Virus record (IMG/VR): IMGVR_UViG_3300043409_001561
DNA from: a virus
DNA: 64,000 nt
Reading direction: 5' to 3' (one strand)
The position numbers and the translations under genes are program-made. The notes beneath the pieces were generated by a model that was not told the origin of the DNA, did not search any database, and saw only the letters and a program-made list of their open reading frames with translations. The first letter of the stretch is position 1. Every line of letters begins with the position of its first letter. This document shows positions 38,010 to 47,091 of the stretch, in pieces.

Positions 38010-38698
38010 AGAAATACTATTTCATTAGTAAACATATCCCATTCTACATTAACGGGTTTATTTCTGAACTCATATCTACCATTAAGAACTGCCGCATTTA
38101 TATAGTGAGTGTTACCGTCAAACACATAACCATAACCTTCATGAATATGCCCAAATATATGTATTTTAGGTTTCATATCCTCCACAACTTTTAATAGTTC
38201 TTCACAACCAACATTTACATTATCATAATAAACATAATCTAATTTACCGTATGGTGGACCATGTGTAATAAGTATATCAGTATCTTTAGGAATCATATCC
38301 CATTTTTCTTTTATCTTTTCACCTCTAGGTAGATTAAATGCCCAATTATGGAACTCTGGTTGCCAAGGTGAACCATAAATAACTAATTGTTGATCTTCTT
38401 CATCGTACAGATCCAATCTTTCGTCTTGAAGATATTCAATAGTTTTATATCCTGTTAATAAACCTCTGACTTTATCGTTATCATCTTGAAACCCAAAATC
38501 ATGATTACCCGCAATAAATACTTTGGTATCATAATTATCTATTTCATCAAACCACTTCATAAAGTTTTCAATCTCTGTTATATACCCTCTACTAGTGATG
38601 TCACCACCACAAATAAGTAAATCACCACCAGGAAGAAAATCTTTTATCTGTAAATGTTTGGTGTGTGTATCACTAATAAATGTAATTTTCTTTTTCAT
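38006..38698 (-). CDS. calcineurin-like metallophosphoesterase
   Basis: SDTHTKH, GGDITSRG, GNHDFG and GHIHEGYG motifs. Confidence 0.65.
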   Translation of the reverse strand: MKKKITFISDTHTKHLQIKDFLPGGDLLICGGDITSRGYITEIENFMKWFDEIDNYDTKVFIAGNHDFGFQDDNDKVRGLLTGYKTIEYLQDERLDLYDEEDQQLVIYGSPWQPEFHNWAFNLPRGEKIKEKWDMIPKDTDILITHGPPYGKLDYVYYDNVNVGCEELLKVVEDMKPKIHIFGHIHEGYGYVFDGNTHYINAAVLNGRYEFRNKPVNVEWDMFTNEIVFL

Positions 38699-38699
38699 G

Positions 38700-39590
38700 T
38701 TATTTCTTTTTAAATTGATTAAACCATTTATTAAATACTCCTATTAGAATATTATTCCTACCCATTGTATAAGCATCTTTTGCAATTTCACTTACTTCCT
38801 CCTCACTATACATTCTTTCAGCTTGGTATTTGGCACCTGCTATCCAGTTATCTGTTTTGCAAATGTTAGGGTCTGCAAGATTGGCTGCCGCCTCTTCTAT
38901 CTCTCTATCTACTCTTTCAGATTGCCACTTAGCACCAAACTCAAAACCCGTAATGAAATCTGTGTCATTATCTACTTCTGAACGTGGTAAGAATGATAAA
39001 GCAGCTTCTTCAAGTGTTTCTTGTTTAGGTCCTGTATTGCAAGTGCATATATCTTTTATGCAACCGTATTCCTTTATATGTTCGCACTTTTGTTTAGGTT
39101 TATCACTCCAAAAAGATTTATCATCTTCAGTTCCAAATACTCTTGTTTCTTGTTTAGATTCTTCTTTTGGAATGATGATTCTGTAACCGCCATATTTTAG
39201 TGTTTGTAAACCTTCTGTAATAATATCTCTATCATAAACAACATGAGCCATCTCACAACTTGGATTCTTAACAAACCATTGTAAAAAAGTATCATCAATA
39301 ACTTGTACACCATCTGCAATTAAATCTTGGTCTGTTGTTAGAATGATTTTTTTACCATTAGAATTAACAGTAGTAACCAAACAATAAATATGATTATCAT
39401 TACCTAAATAATATTCATCAATTTTAATTTCTTCATCAGAAGTGATGTAGATGTGTTGGTTCTCACTGTCTAAAATATTTGGCATAGGTTTGTCAAATAA
39501 CCTTAAATCTTTGAAAACTTCTTTTCCTTTTTTAGTTAGATAACCTAACCTACTTGGTTTATCTGTTGGTATTAAATGTATGTTTTTCAT
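38700..39590 (-). CDS. hypothetical protein
   Basis: ORF track; 296 aa. Confidence 0.4.
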   Translation of the reverse strand: MKNIHLIPTDKPSRLGYLTKKGKEVFKDLRLFDKPMPNILDSENQHIYITSDEEIKIDEYYLGNDNHIYCLVTTVNSNGKKIILTTDQDLIADGVQVIDDTFLQWFVKNPSCEMAHVVYDRDIITEGLQTLKYGGYRIIIPKEESKQETRVFGTEDDKSFWSDKPKQKCEHIKEYGCIKDICTCNTGPKQETLEEAALSFLPRSEVDNDTDFITGFEFGAKWQSERVDREIEEAAANLADPNICKTDNWIAGAKYQAERMYSEEEVSEIAKDAYTMGRNNILIGVFNKWFNQFKKK

Positions 39591-39716
39591 ATCAAATCTT
39601 TTTAAGTAATTGTTGTTTGTGTTGTGTCAAATTTAATTTTAACAATTTCAAATGAAGGTAAAGTACAATCAGTATTATTAGGTACAATTACTTCTAATCT
39701 TATTTTTACTTTCATA

Positions 39717-40196
39717 TCAAATCTTTCTAAGTATTAAACAACCATCTGAATCAAGTTTTGGTTTACCTGTAGTTATACACTCACCTTTTCTGTTTACACC
39801 ATCACAAGTAGGATCTAAACATTCTTCAACTATCTCAACATCCCATTCAGTTTGTTGTAGTGATGTAATATATTCACCCAATGTTTCCTTATGATCTTGA
39901 AACTTTAATGCCTTGTTCCAACAATTCATCATATCTTCTAAAGTGAATAATTTATTTTTATTCAATTCGATTGATTTTTGGAAACCTTCTTTGTAAGCTC
40001 TCATTTGACCAACAAAATTAATTTTTTCATATAAATCATATCCCATTGCCAATTCATCCAAATCATAACCACGTTCAATTGATTCACAGTTTTTAACAGA
40101 TAACCTAGCATAAGGTGCGTTCTCATCTGTCGCATACATAATGTTGTCTACTAATAGCATCCAACCATTATCTAATTTATTTAGTTTTCCTTTCAT
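39717..40196 (-). CDS. hypothetical protein
   Basis: ORF track. Confidence 0.4.
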   Translation of the reverse strand: MKGKLNKLDNGWMLLVDNIMYATDENAPYARLSVKNCESIERGYDLDELAMGYDLYEKINFVGQMRAYKEGFQKSIELNKNKLFTLEDMMNCWNKALKFQDHKETLGEYITSLQQTEWDVEIVEECLDPTCDGVNRKGECITTGKPKLDSDGCLILRKI

Positions 40197-40354
40197 TAAG
40201 TTTAATTTTTTCTAGTTCTTCTTTAAGTAAATCAACCTCATACTCCCATTTTTCCATATCATAAAGATGATCATTATACTGACATCTTTTAACATTGAAC
40301 TCCGATATATAGAGTTCTCTTTCTATGTCTGTTATTTTTCGAATATTCATAAAA

Positions 40355-40648
40355 TTACATCTTATTAAATTCTTCTCTACAGTAATCTATTGCCCTTTGT
40401 AGTACCTCCAGACCTTCAACGTTAGTAAACAATAATTTTATGTTATCCGTTGTTTCAATATCTAAACCCAATAAATTTTCACCGATTTCTCTTCTTTCAT
40501 TCATTAAGGATAAATCTATGAACGGTATTTTTATTTTTTCTTCACTTGTTTCTTTATCGGAAAATATTAAATTACCTGATTGTATACTTACGATGCCTTC
40601 ACCGATTGTGAAAATTTTTAAATATCCCTTATCTATATTTTTTTCCAT
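40355..40648 (-). CDS. hypothetical protein
   Basis: ORF track. Confidence 0.35.
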   Translation of the reverse strand: MEKNIDKGYLKIFTIGEGIVSIQSGNLIFSDKETSEEKIKIPFIDLSLMNERREIGENLLGLDIETTDNIKLLFTNVEGLEVLQRAIDYCREEFNKM

Positions 40649-40718
40649 ATTATTATTTTACTTAAATTTTTAGATTGTTGATTACAAAACTAATAATTAT
40701 TTCCCTATAAAACAAATA

Positions 40719-41519
40719 TTAAATTGGTAATTTTACTTTACTTAACATTTGATTTGAAACATGAGTATATATTTCAGTAGTTTTAACATTACTGTGACCC
40801 GCAATTTTTTGGATTAAACGAAGATCCGTTCCTGATTCTAAAAGATTTGTAAAACAAGAATGTCTTAATTGGTGGATGTGATATTGTTCACCTAAATATT
40901 TTTTAACAATCTTATTACAACTATTTGAACTATATTGTAAAGAATTTTGTCCGTTAAACAAATATTCTTTTGGTTTATACTGGATGAAATAATTTCTTAA
41001 TAACTCTAAAACAGTTTGAGAAAGTGGGACAATTCTATCCTTTCTACCTTTGGCGTTTTTAATATGTATTAACATCCTTTTTGAATCAATATCACCTATT
41101 TTAAGGTTAACTACTTCTGAAACTCTTAACCCAACCGAATATGTTATTGTAAGTATTGTTTTATGTTTTATATTTTCAATTTTTGATAATTGTTCTTTTA
41201 TAAATTCCCCATCAATAACAACTGGTAATTTCTTTTCGGATTTTGGTCTTTTAAAACTCACTTTATCGTATTTCTTGTTTAAACCAAATTTATATAAAAA
41301 CCTAATGGCGTTTATGACTTGGTTTTGTTGTGATACCGATGTGAAGTTATATTTATCCAAATAAGATTGGAAATCGTTAGAATTACAATGCACTATTTGT
41401 TTACCACCTAAACTATACAAGAAAGGTTTTATATGAGATAGATAGTTATCTTTAGTTCTAGGTGAATAGTTTAGGTATATAAACTTTTCTTCACAAATCT
41501 TTATAATTTTATTATTCAA
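40719..41519 (-). CDS. tyrosine site-specific recombinase/integrase (XerC/D-like)
   Basis: GLRVSEVVNLKIGDID, HQLRHSCFT and GHSNVKTTEIYTHV give the R..HxxR..Y catalytic signature. Confidence 0.75.
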   Translation of the reverse strand: MNNKIIKICEEKFIYLNYSPRTKDNYLSHIKPFLYSLGGKQIVHCNSNDFQSYLDKYNFTSVSQQNQVINAIRFLYKFGLNKKYDKVSFKRPKSEKKLPVVIDGEFIKEQLSKIENIKHKTILTITYSVGLRVSEVVNLKIGDIDSKRMLIHIKNAKGRKDRIVPLSQTVLELLRNYFIQYKPKEYLFNGQNSLQYSSNSCNKIVKKYLGEQYHIHQLRHSCFTNLLESGTDLRLIQKIAGHSNVKTTEIYTHVSNQMLSKVKLPI

Positions 41520-41576
41520 AGTATTGGTTTTATTGGGTTAAACTTGTGGGTATGTATATATAATAGTTATAAACAA

Positions 41577-41816
41577 TTACTTGTTCTCCGATTTAAATTT
41601 TGCTAATATTTTTAAACGATTTACTTGTGTCATTTTAATACGCCCAAATTCTTCCATCATATAACCACCCTTATCATCCATTCCATTTTCTGCTTCTTTT
41701 TTCAATCGTGTCCAAAATTCGTGTATTAAATCTACTAATTCATCTTTATCAAATTTACGTAAATCGTTTAAAAATTCCAAACTTTGTTCATCTAATTTAA
41801 TTTCATCTGTTTTCAT
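41577..41816 (-). CDS. hypothetical protein
   Basis: ORF track. Confidence 0.35.
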   Translation of the reverse strand: MKTDEIKLDEQSLEFLNDLRKFDKDELVDLIHEFWTRLKKEAENGMDDKGGYMMEEFGRIKMTQVNRLKILAKFKSENK

Positions 41817-41949
41817 AATTCGTAACTGTTTATAACAAGGTATATATGAAATACCTTATAAAGTTTGTACTAATTTTCAAGTTTTGCGGTAAGGTACTTC
41901 ATATATACCCATCCGTTAGTAGCAAATTTAAAAACCTGCCACCGCACAG

Positions 41950-42216
41950 CTACCCGTTCCATTTAGCCATTTCGTCTATCAATCCACATTCAGTTAGTCG
42001 CTCCATTTTCATATGCCCAACATCAGCAACGCCAGTTGTTCTTTTCATAGCGGTTACTCTAAATTTTTTGGCGTTACTTTTTCTGTTCACTTTGCCCTGT
42101 AATAAATATGCGTTGCTTCCAAAACTGAATGTGCATATATCAGCCCATCTACTCCAGCTAAATGGAGTTAACCAAAAGTGCATCCACCATATTCTAAATT
42201 CTGTTTTCTGTTTCAT
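41950..42216 (-). CDS. hypothetical protein (in the GC-richer island)
   Basis: ORF track. Local composition differs from the flanks. Confidence 0.35.
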   Translation of the reverse strand: MKQKTEFRIWWMHFWLTPFSWSRWADICTFSFGSNAYLLQGKVNRKSNAKKFRVTAMKRTTGVADVGHMKMERLTECGLIDEMAKWNG

Positions 42217-42331
42217 TTTATTTTTGTATTTAGTTATTAAATCCTACGCTCAAAAAGGTTTTTAAATCAGCTACTAACATGGGCTATAACGCCAGCTTGT
42301 GAAAAACAAACCGAGCGTATAGCCCCGTCCG

Positions 42332-42556
42332 TTATACACAATATTCGACACACATTTCAATCAACTCATTTTGTTCATCTAAATTATCAGTATAATCACT
42401 TTCGTTTATGATTAATTTTGTTGGGTTTTCATTAACAATTATACGATAATTGACACCACCCTTAATGTTTGGTATAATTTTTTCTTCTTGATGTGTTACG
42501 ACTTCATTAAGTCTTTTACTTAATTTTTCACAAAATAATTCAATTCTCTTTTCCAT
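42332..42556 (-). CDS. hypothetical protein (island)
   Basis: ORF track. Confidence 0.35.
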   Translation of the reverse strand: MEKRIELFCEKLSKRLNEVVTHQEEKIIPNIKGGVNYRIIVNENPTKLIINESDYTDNLDEQNELIEMCVEYCV

Positions 42557-42783
42557 AATTTTTATTTTTTTATAAATATACTAATTTATTTTTATAATGT
42601 AAAGCCATCACACAAAATACTGTGTATAACAAGGTGTATAAGAAAGTTTGCTATCAACAGTTGTGTTTAATTTGAAAGTTCATCTAAGCAAACCTTCTCA
42701 TACACCCAACCGTTATAGCACATTAAAACGATGCTATAACATGGGCTAAAAGAAATAACCCATGCCACCGCACCGCTTCGATT

Positions 42784-43020
42784 TTAATTAACGTTTACAG
42801 ATTGTAATTTGTCTTTTTCTGCATTTATTTCACGTAATGTGTCCCAAACTTTCCAACTCATAGCAGTTAATTTTTCACACAATCCTTCATGTCCATATTT
42901 TTCAATATGTTTTTTCAATTCTGCGTCATCGAATCCTCCATCAACATCGCCAATTTGTTCCTGTCCTGTTTCAGTATCTGTTACAATGTAGATACCTCCA
43001 ATTTGTTTACTTTCTGCCAT
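42784..43020 (-). CDS. hypothetical protein (island)
   Basis: ORF track. Confidence 0.35.
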   Translation of the reverse strand: MAESKQIGGIYIVTDTETGQEQIGDVDGGFDDAELKKHIEKYGHEGLCEKLTAMSWKVWDTLREINAEKDKLQSVNVN

Positions 43021-43107
43021 TTTGCTTTTTGTTTTAAAATAGTGGTCGTATTCTAAACCCCTCCCACATAGGGTTACTATCTTTTAGCCCAGTATCGTTA
43101 TGTGCTA

Positions 43108-43398
43108 TTATACCAAAGTGGGTAGTTCGCACCAATGAGTTACTTCTTCAATCTTAGTTCCCTTTTCTGTAAGCCAAAAAAATTGACCTTTATCTCTATA
43201 ATCTAAACCATCTTCAAGGTCATTCATTTCGCATACATGCCATCTTCTAATACTGTATTGCTTTTTATCAATACCACTCACTAATACATACTTCCCATAT
43301 TCAGGTAAGTCAGCATAGGTTTCAATTTTTTTCGGCTGAGAAATAACAGCACATAACATCGGTTTGGCAAAATTGCCGTTCTGTTCCTTGTTTGACAT
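43108..43398 (-). CDS. hypothetical protein (island)
   Basis: ORF track. Confidence 0.35.
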   Translation of the reverse strand: MSNKEQNGNFAKPMLCAVISQPKKIETYADLPEYGKYVLVSGIDKKQYSIRRWHVCEMNDLEDGLDYRDKGQFFWLTEKGTKIEEVTHWCELPTLV

Positions 43399-43488
43399 TT
43401 TATCTAAATTTAAACATTTGTAATTCTATTGAAGTTTTGTGTTCGGCAACTTCGCCAAGCCGAGAACCGTTAGGTGTAATAAATTTTA

Positions 43489-43674
43489 CTACAACCGTTC
43501 AGCAACCTTAGTTCCTAATTTATTATACTCTTTACCTTCATCCTCTGCCATCAATCGAATAGCATCTTGAATTTGTTTAGGTAAATCATCACCAAACTTT
43601 CCAAGTAATTGGTATAATAAATTTTGCTTTGATAAAGCGTTTTCTCTTTTAATTAACAATTCTATTTCTTTCAT
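43489..43674 (-). CDS. hypothetical protein (island)
   Basis: ORF track. Confidence 0.3.
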   Translation of the reverse strand: MKEIELLIKRENALSKQNLLYQLLGKFGDDLPKQIQDAIRLMAEDEGKEYNKLGTKVAERL

Positions 43675-43841
43675 AATCCGTAAAATTTACATACACCTAA
43701 CAAAGTATAACCAAAAGTGGGGTGTAGTTCCATCATTTAGCTATTGTGCTTCTAATTTACTTTTGTAGGTAAGTTAGGGTTCAGCACTTTTAATCCCCAC
43801 CTTCGGTTATACTCAACCGTTAGTTTCAATCGTTAGGTAAT

Positions 43842-44057
43842 TTAATTAAAGTGATTTACGTATTCATACGCAGATATAGCTAAAATTTTTTGAAAGTTTT
43901 CTTTTTTTGCAACATAAGGTCTGAAATAACCAATGTTAATCCAAATATCATCATTATCAAATGATAGTTCACTCTCCCAATAGCAAAAGCCTTTAATTAA
44001 CCAATAGTTTTTCGTTTTCATAATATTTATTTTTTTCTGTATTAAATCACCTAACAA
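43842..44057 (-). CDS. hypothetical protein (island)
   Basis: ORF track. Confidence 0.3.
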   Translation of the reverse strand: MLGDLIQKKINIMKTKNYWLIKGFCYWESELSFDNDDIWINIGYFRPYVAKKENFQKILAISAYEYVNHFN

Positions 44058-44109
44058 CTAAACCTAACAACAAATAAACAACATTAAAACGATTGTTTAT
44101 CATCAGACG

Positions 44110-44304
44110 TTATAAAACATTATAGTTGTTTTTTATTTTACTCCATAATTTTCCAAAAGCATTATCCATATTTCTATCATTAAAATCAATTGCACCTTGA
44201 ATATACGCATCATTTACAATTTTCTCTAGTTCATAGTATGTAAATGAATATTTTTTTGATTCTTGCTTTACTATTTCTTTCTTTCTAAATAATTTTCCTA
44301 TCAT
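44110..44304 (-). CDS. hypothetical protein (island)
   Basis: ORF track. Confidence 0.3.
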   Translation of the reverse strand: MIGKLFRKKEIVKQESKKYSFTYYELEKIVNDAYIQGAIDFNDRNMDNAFGKLWSKIKNNYNVL

Positions 44305-44370
44305 AATAAACGTTTTATAACATCAAATATAGATATTAATTTCTATATAAACAAATTTTTTTAAAAATAG

Positions 44371-44445
44371 TACCAAAGGTGAGATTCGAACTCACAAACC
44401 TTTGTTTCTAAGACAAAGAGGTATACCGATTCCCGTCACTTTGGC
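44371..44445 (-). tRNA. tRNA (anticodon TAG; Leu-like but with a short variable arm)
   Basis: Acceptor GCCAAAG/CTTTGGT, anticodon stem TTTGT/ACAAA with loop CTTAGAA, T-loop TTCGAAT. The D-arm is irregular. Confidence 0.5.
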
Positions 44446-44451
44446 ATTTTG

Positions 44452-44524
44452 AGCAGGTAGAGAGAATCGAACTCTCGTCCTCTGATTGGAAGTCAGACAT
44501 AATAAGCCACTATACGATACCTGC
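44452..44524 (-). tRNA. tRNA-Gly (anticodon TCC)
   Basis: Acceptor GCAGGTA/TACCTGC, anticodon stem TCTGA/TCAGA with loop CTTCCAA, T-loop TTCGATT. Confidence 0.65.
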
Positions 44525-44695
44525 ATTAAGATTATTTTCTCTTAATCTTTTTTTTTAATTTAATAAATTTTATTAATCTTATTAAATTAATAGAATTTTT
44601 TCTAGACTCGATAATATTAAAATTATCTTTCGATGATATACCAGAACCCGTCATTACCTCTCTCATACTTATTTATTTTACTTTTTATTATTTGT

Positions 44696-44768
44696 GGATA
44701 CATCTCGGCATCGAACCGAGGACTCCTGAGTGCAAATCAGGTGTGATAGCCAGCTTCACCAATGACCC
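44696..44768 (-). tRNA. tRNA-Ala-like (anticodon TGC)
   Basis: D-arm GTGA/TCAC, anticodon stem CCTGA/TCAGG with loop TTTGCAC, T-loop TTCGATG. The acceptor has two mismatches and lacks G3-U70. Confidence 0.5.
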
Positions 44769-44774
44769 AAATGG

Positions 44775-44849
44775 TTGCGGGACTGGGACTCGAACCCAGA
44801 ACTTCGGCTTATGAGACCGACGAGATAACCAATTTCTACATATCCCGCA
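44775..44849 (-). tRNA. tRNA-Met (anticodon CAT), initiator-like; CCA appears genomically encoded
   Basis: Anticodon arm TCGGT-CTCATAA-GCCGA resembles tRNA-fMet. The 3' end reads TCCCGCA-A-CCA. Confidence 0.65.
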
Positions 44850-44881
44850 ATTTTTAATTATACCGAATTCGGTATAATTAG

Positions 44882-44956
44882 TGATCCCGGTGAGGTTCGA
44901 ACTCACGACCCCTCCATTAAAAGTGGAGTGCTCTAAACCAACTGAGCTACGAGATC
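44882..44956 (-). tRNA. tRNA-Lys (anticodon TTT)
   Basis: Clean cloverleaf: D-arm GCTC-AGTTGGTTA-GAGC, anticodon loop CTTTTAA. Confidence 0.8.
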
Positions 44957-45017
44957 TTCTGTTTGTCATACTTGTCACTTTCCATAATCTGACATTTTAT
45001 TTATTTGTTAATAATTG

Positions 45018-45090
45018 AGGTTCTGCCCAGGTTCGAACTGGAGACACTTGATTACAAATCAAGAGTTTTACCGACTAAACTACAAAACCT
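45018..45090 (-). tRNA. tRNA-Thr (anticodon TGT)
   Basis: Anticodon stem CTTGA/TCAAG with loop TTTGTAA, T-loop TTCGAAC. Confidence 0.75.
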
Positions 45091-45095
45091 AATTG

Positions 45096-45169
45096 TATCG
45101 TGTACGGGATTCGAACCCGTGATTTTCACCTTGAAAGGGTGACGACTTAAACCACTCGTCTAACACGAC
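45096..45169 (-). tRNA. tRNA-Glu (anticodon TTC), second copy
   Basis: Anticodon stem TCACC/GGTGA with loop CTTTCAA, T-loop TTCGAAT. Confidence 0.7.
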
Positions 45170-45177
45170 ATTTATTG

Positions 45178-45250
45178 TAGTCTCTGTAGGGTTCGAACCT
45201 ACGACAACTTGCATGTAAAACAAGTGCTCTACCAACTGAGCTAAGAGACT
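45178..45250 (-). tRNA. tRNA-Val (anticodon TAC)
   Basis: Acceptor AGTCTCT/AGAGACT, D-arm GCTC-AGTTGGTA-GAGC, anticodon loop TTTACAT. Confidence 0.8.
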
Positions 45251-45255
45251 GTGGC

Positions 45256-45327
45256 GGTCCATGACGGTTACGATCCGTCTACTCTACCGTGACAGGGTAG
45301 GATGATAAGCCATTTCACCAATAGACC
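45256..45327 (-). tRNA. tRNA-Asp (anticodon GTC), second copy with an unusual T-loop ATCGTAA
   Basis: Acceptor GGTCTAT/ATGGACC, anticodon stem CTACC/GGTAG with loop CTGTCAC. Confidence 0.7.
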
Positions 45328-45334
45328 ATTTAAA

Positions 45335-45440
45335 TGATAATCAGGATTGAGTTGTATACGTGCTCTACCAACTGAGCTACCGTCGCCCCGAAGGACAACG
45401 GACAGGATTCGAACCTGCGACACCGAGCTTAAAAGGCTAA
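45335..45440 (-). other. rearranged tRNA-derived element (T-arm-like segment placed 5' of an acceptor/D-arm half)
   Basis: The minus strand reads ...GCAGGTTCGAATCCTGTCC...GGCGACGGTAGCTCAGTTGGTAGAGC... followed by no T-arm. The order is permuted relative to a normal tRNA. Confidence 0.3.
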
Positions 45441-45480
45441 TGTAATTGTTGCTGAAACAATCCTTTTATTATCATTATAG

Positions 45481-45564
45481 AGGAGAGATGAGGTGTCGAT
45501 CCCCATACCTTTCAGTACCAACTGTTTTCAAGACAGTGTTGCGGGCCGCCGCAATTATCTCTCC
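45481..45564 (-). tRNA. tRNA-Ser (anticodon TGA), type II with an atypical D-arm
   Basis: Acceptor GGAGAGA/TCTCTCC, anticodon stem ACTGT/ACAGT with loop CTTGAAA, long variable region, T-loop ATCGACA. Confidence 0.55.
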
Positions 45565-45602
45565 GTTTAATTTCCAATACGTCAAAGAACTAAAAACAAA
45601 AA

Positions 45603-45632
45603 ACCCTAAGTTCTCACTTAGGGTTTCCATTA
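45603..45632 (-). terminator. rho-independent terminator-like hairpin (CCCTAAGTGAGAACTTAGGG followed by T6 on the minus strand)
   Basis: Perfect 7-bp stem plus T-run between the two tRNA sub-clusters. Confidence 0.45.
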
Positions 45633-45855
45633 TATAGTATTTAAATTTTTAAATGTTATCTATTACAATATACCCTAAGATCTGGTTGTAGCGAATCCGC
45701 TCCATCCATTTTCGTCTTAACGACCTCTAATCTGTATGTCATTGTATTTTTCATTGAAATTTTTACCTTTTTAATTAAATATACATAAAGTTACGAAAGT
45801 TTCTTCAAAAAGTCAAATAATTTTTAATTTTTTTTTATAATTTATTTTATTTAAG

Positions 45856-45929
45856 AGGTCAGAGAGGGATTCGAACCCCCGAATAATGGATTTGCAGTCC
45901 ACCCCTTTAAACCACTCAGGCATCTGACC
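45856..45929 (-). tRNA. tRNA-Cys (anticodon GCA)
   Basis: Acceptor GGTCAGA/TCTGACC, anticodon stem GTGGA/TCCAT with loop CTGCAAA, T-loop TTCGAAT. Confidence 0.7.
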
Positions 45930-45998
45930 ATCAGTTCACTAAACTAGATTTTGCACAATAAACTTTATCTGTTTATTGTAGCAAAAATAAGTTTATTG

Positions 45999-46071
45999 TA
46001 CACTCTGAGAGATTCGAACTCCCATCTTATAGTCCGTAGCCATATGTTCTAATCCGTTGAACTAAGAGTGT
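45999..46071 (-). tRNA. tRNA-Arg (anticodon ACG)
   Basis: Acceptor ACACTCT/AGAGTGT, D-arm GTTC/GAAC, anticodon loop CTACGGA. Confidence 0.75.
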
Positions 46072-46076
46072 ATTGG

Positions 46077-46148
46077 TAGGGATGGGTGGAGTCGAACCAC
46101 CGAGACAACTGTATAAGAGTTGCATGTTCACCGTTACATCACATCCCC
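46077..46148 (-). tRNA. tRNA-Ile (anticodon TAT), followed by an encoded CCA
   Basis: Acceptor GGGGATG/CATCCCT, D-arm ATGT/ACAT, anticodon stem CAACT/AGTTG with loop CTTATAC. Confidence 0.65.
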
Positions 46149-46155
46149 ATTTTTG

Positions 46156-46243
46156 CGGAAAGAATAGGATTCGAACCTATGGTACCCTTACGAGTACAAC
46201 ACCTTAGCAGGGTGCCTCAATAAACCAACTCTGACATCTTTCC
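46156..46243 (-). tRNA. tRNA-Ser (anticodon GCT), type II
   Basis: Acceptor GGAAAGA/TCTTTCC, anticodon stem GCACC/GGTGT with loop CTGCTAA, long variable arm, T-loop TTCGAAT. Confidence 0.7.
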
Positions 46244-46247
46244 ATTA

Positions 46248-46321
46248 GGTGTATGACGGGAATTGAACCCGTGACCTTTTGATTCACAATCAAACACTCT
46301 AACCAACTGAGCTACATACAC
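46248..46321 (-). tRNA. tRNA-His (anticodon GTG)
   Basis: Acceptor GTGTATG/CATACAC, anticodon stem TTTGA/TCAAA with loop TTGTGAA, T-loop TTCAATT. Confidence 0.8.
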
Positions 46322-46323
46322 AG

Positions 46324-46394
46324 TTGTCTCCCAAGGATTCGAACCTCGATTCAGTGGTCCAAAACCACTTGTCCTGCCTTTAGACGAGGAGACA
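46324..46394 (-). tRNA. tRNA-Gln (anticodon TTG)
   Basis: U1-A72 acceptor TGTCTCC/GGAGACA, anticodon stem AGTGG/CCACT with loop TTTTGGA. Confidence 0.8.
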
Positions 46395-46457
46395 ATTTAA
46401 AATTATTCACTACCCAAATATCGAATTTTTTACTACTTTTGGGAAGTTAATAATTAG

Positions 46458-46532
46458 TCTGGGTAGCGAGACTCGAACTCACATTATGTCCACATCCCAA
46501 ATGTGGCGGCTTACCAATTAGCCAATACCCAG
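46458..46532 (-). tRNA. tRNA-Pro (anticodon TGG)
   Basis: C1-G72 acceptor CTGGGTA/TACCCAG, anticodon stem CCACA/TGTGG with loop TTTGGGA. Confidence 0.8.
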
Positions 46533-46535
46533 TTA

Positions 46536-46653
46536 AAAGTGTGGTGAGATTTGAACTCACACGAAAGGTTACATATCTAATCCCCTTCTTTTCTCTACAA
46601 ACTAGTATAAGTAGTTTCAGAACATTAAATCATCACCTAACCCTTTCACACTT
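46536..46653 (-). other. tRNA-like element with an insertion of about 45 nt closed by an AAAGGGTTA/TAACCTTT stem
   Basis: Acceptor AAGTGTG/CACACTT and T-arm GTGAG-TTCAAAT-CTCAC. The central region is replaced by a long structured insert that shares its closing-stem sequence with 30934..31059. Confidence 0.4.
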
Positions 46654-46654
46654 G

Positions 46655-46727
46655 TGGACAGAGAGGGAATCGAACCCCCGACACCTAGATCTTCAATCTA
46701 GTGCTCTACCAACTGAGCTACCTGTCC
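46655..46727 (-). tRNA. tRNA-Phe (anticodon GAA)
   Basis: Acceptor GGACAGG/TCTGTCC, anticodon stem CTAGA/TCTAG with loop TTGAAGA, T-loop TTCGATT. Confidence 0.8.
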
Positions 46728-46795
46728 TTCTTCGGGGAGGACTTGGCTGAGGTATCCTAACGGTTCTACCCTCAACACTCGCCTCCCGTCTTATG

Positions 46796-46866
46796 CACAC
46801 CTGAAAGGATTCGAACCTCTAACAACGGTTTTGGAAACCGTCATGATACCATTTCACTACAGATGT
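46796..46866 (-). tRNA. tRNA-Trp (anticodon CCA)
   Basis: Acceptor ACATCTG/CAGGTGT (one G-U pair), anticodon stem ACGGT/ACCGT with loop TTCCAAA. Confidence 0.75.
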
Positions 46867-46942
46867 ATTAAAATGTTCAGGAAGACTTTTTTACATCCAA
46901 ATTGTATTTTTTTATTTGCTGAAATCTTCCTTTTAACATTTG

Positions 46943-47023
46943 TGGGACCTGGTGGACTCGAACCACTCCCTTTAGGACGAAATTTACAGTTTCGCTGCCG
47001 TATCCAAACGACTTTCAGTTCCC
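46943..47023 (-). tRNA. tRNA-Tyr (anticodon GTA), long variable region
   Basis: Anticodon stem CGAAA/TTTCG with loop CTGTAAA, T-loop TTCGAGT. The acceptor has one mismatch. Confidence 0.6.
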
Positions 47024-47091
47024 ATTTAAACTAACACCATGACTCCTTTCGAACTTTAGAGGCTCGTATCATTCAACTCTGTGTTAGTTTG

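Noticed and set aside
44688-44978. ORF-track ORF lying over the tRNA cluster. The same applies to 30227..30496, 45446..45637, 46541..46750 and 46831..47034.
   Set aside because: They coincide with well-folded tRNA genes on the opposite or same strand. Their GC-rich, tRNA-derived codons and lack of start context make them spurious.
45603-45632. Terminator-like hairpins at 45603-45632 and 47293-47326 sit just downstream of candidate promoters and upstream of the tRNA sub-clusters. This is an odd place for terminators.
   Set aside because: They may be attenuators, RNA-processing hairpins, or terminators for opposite-strand transcription. They are retained as low-confidence features rather than promoted to a finding.
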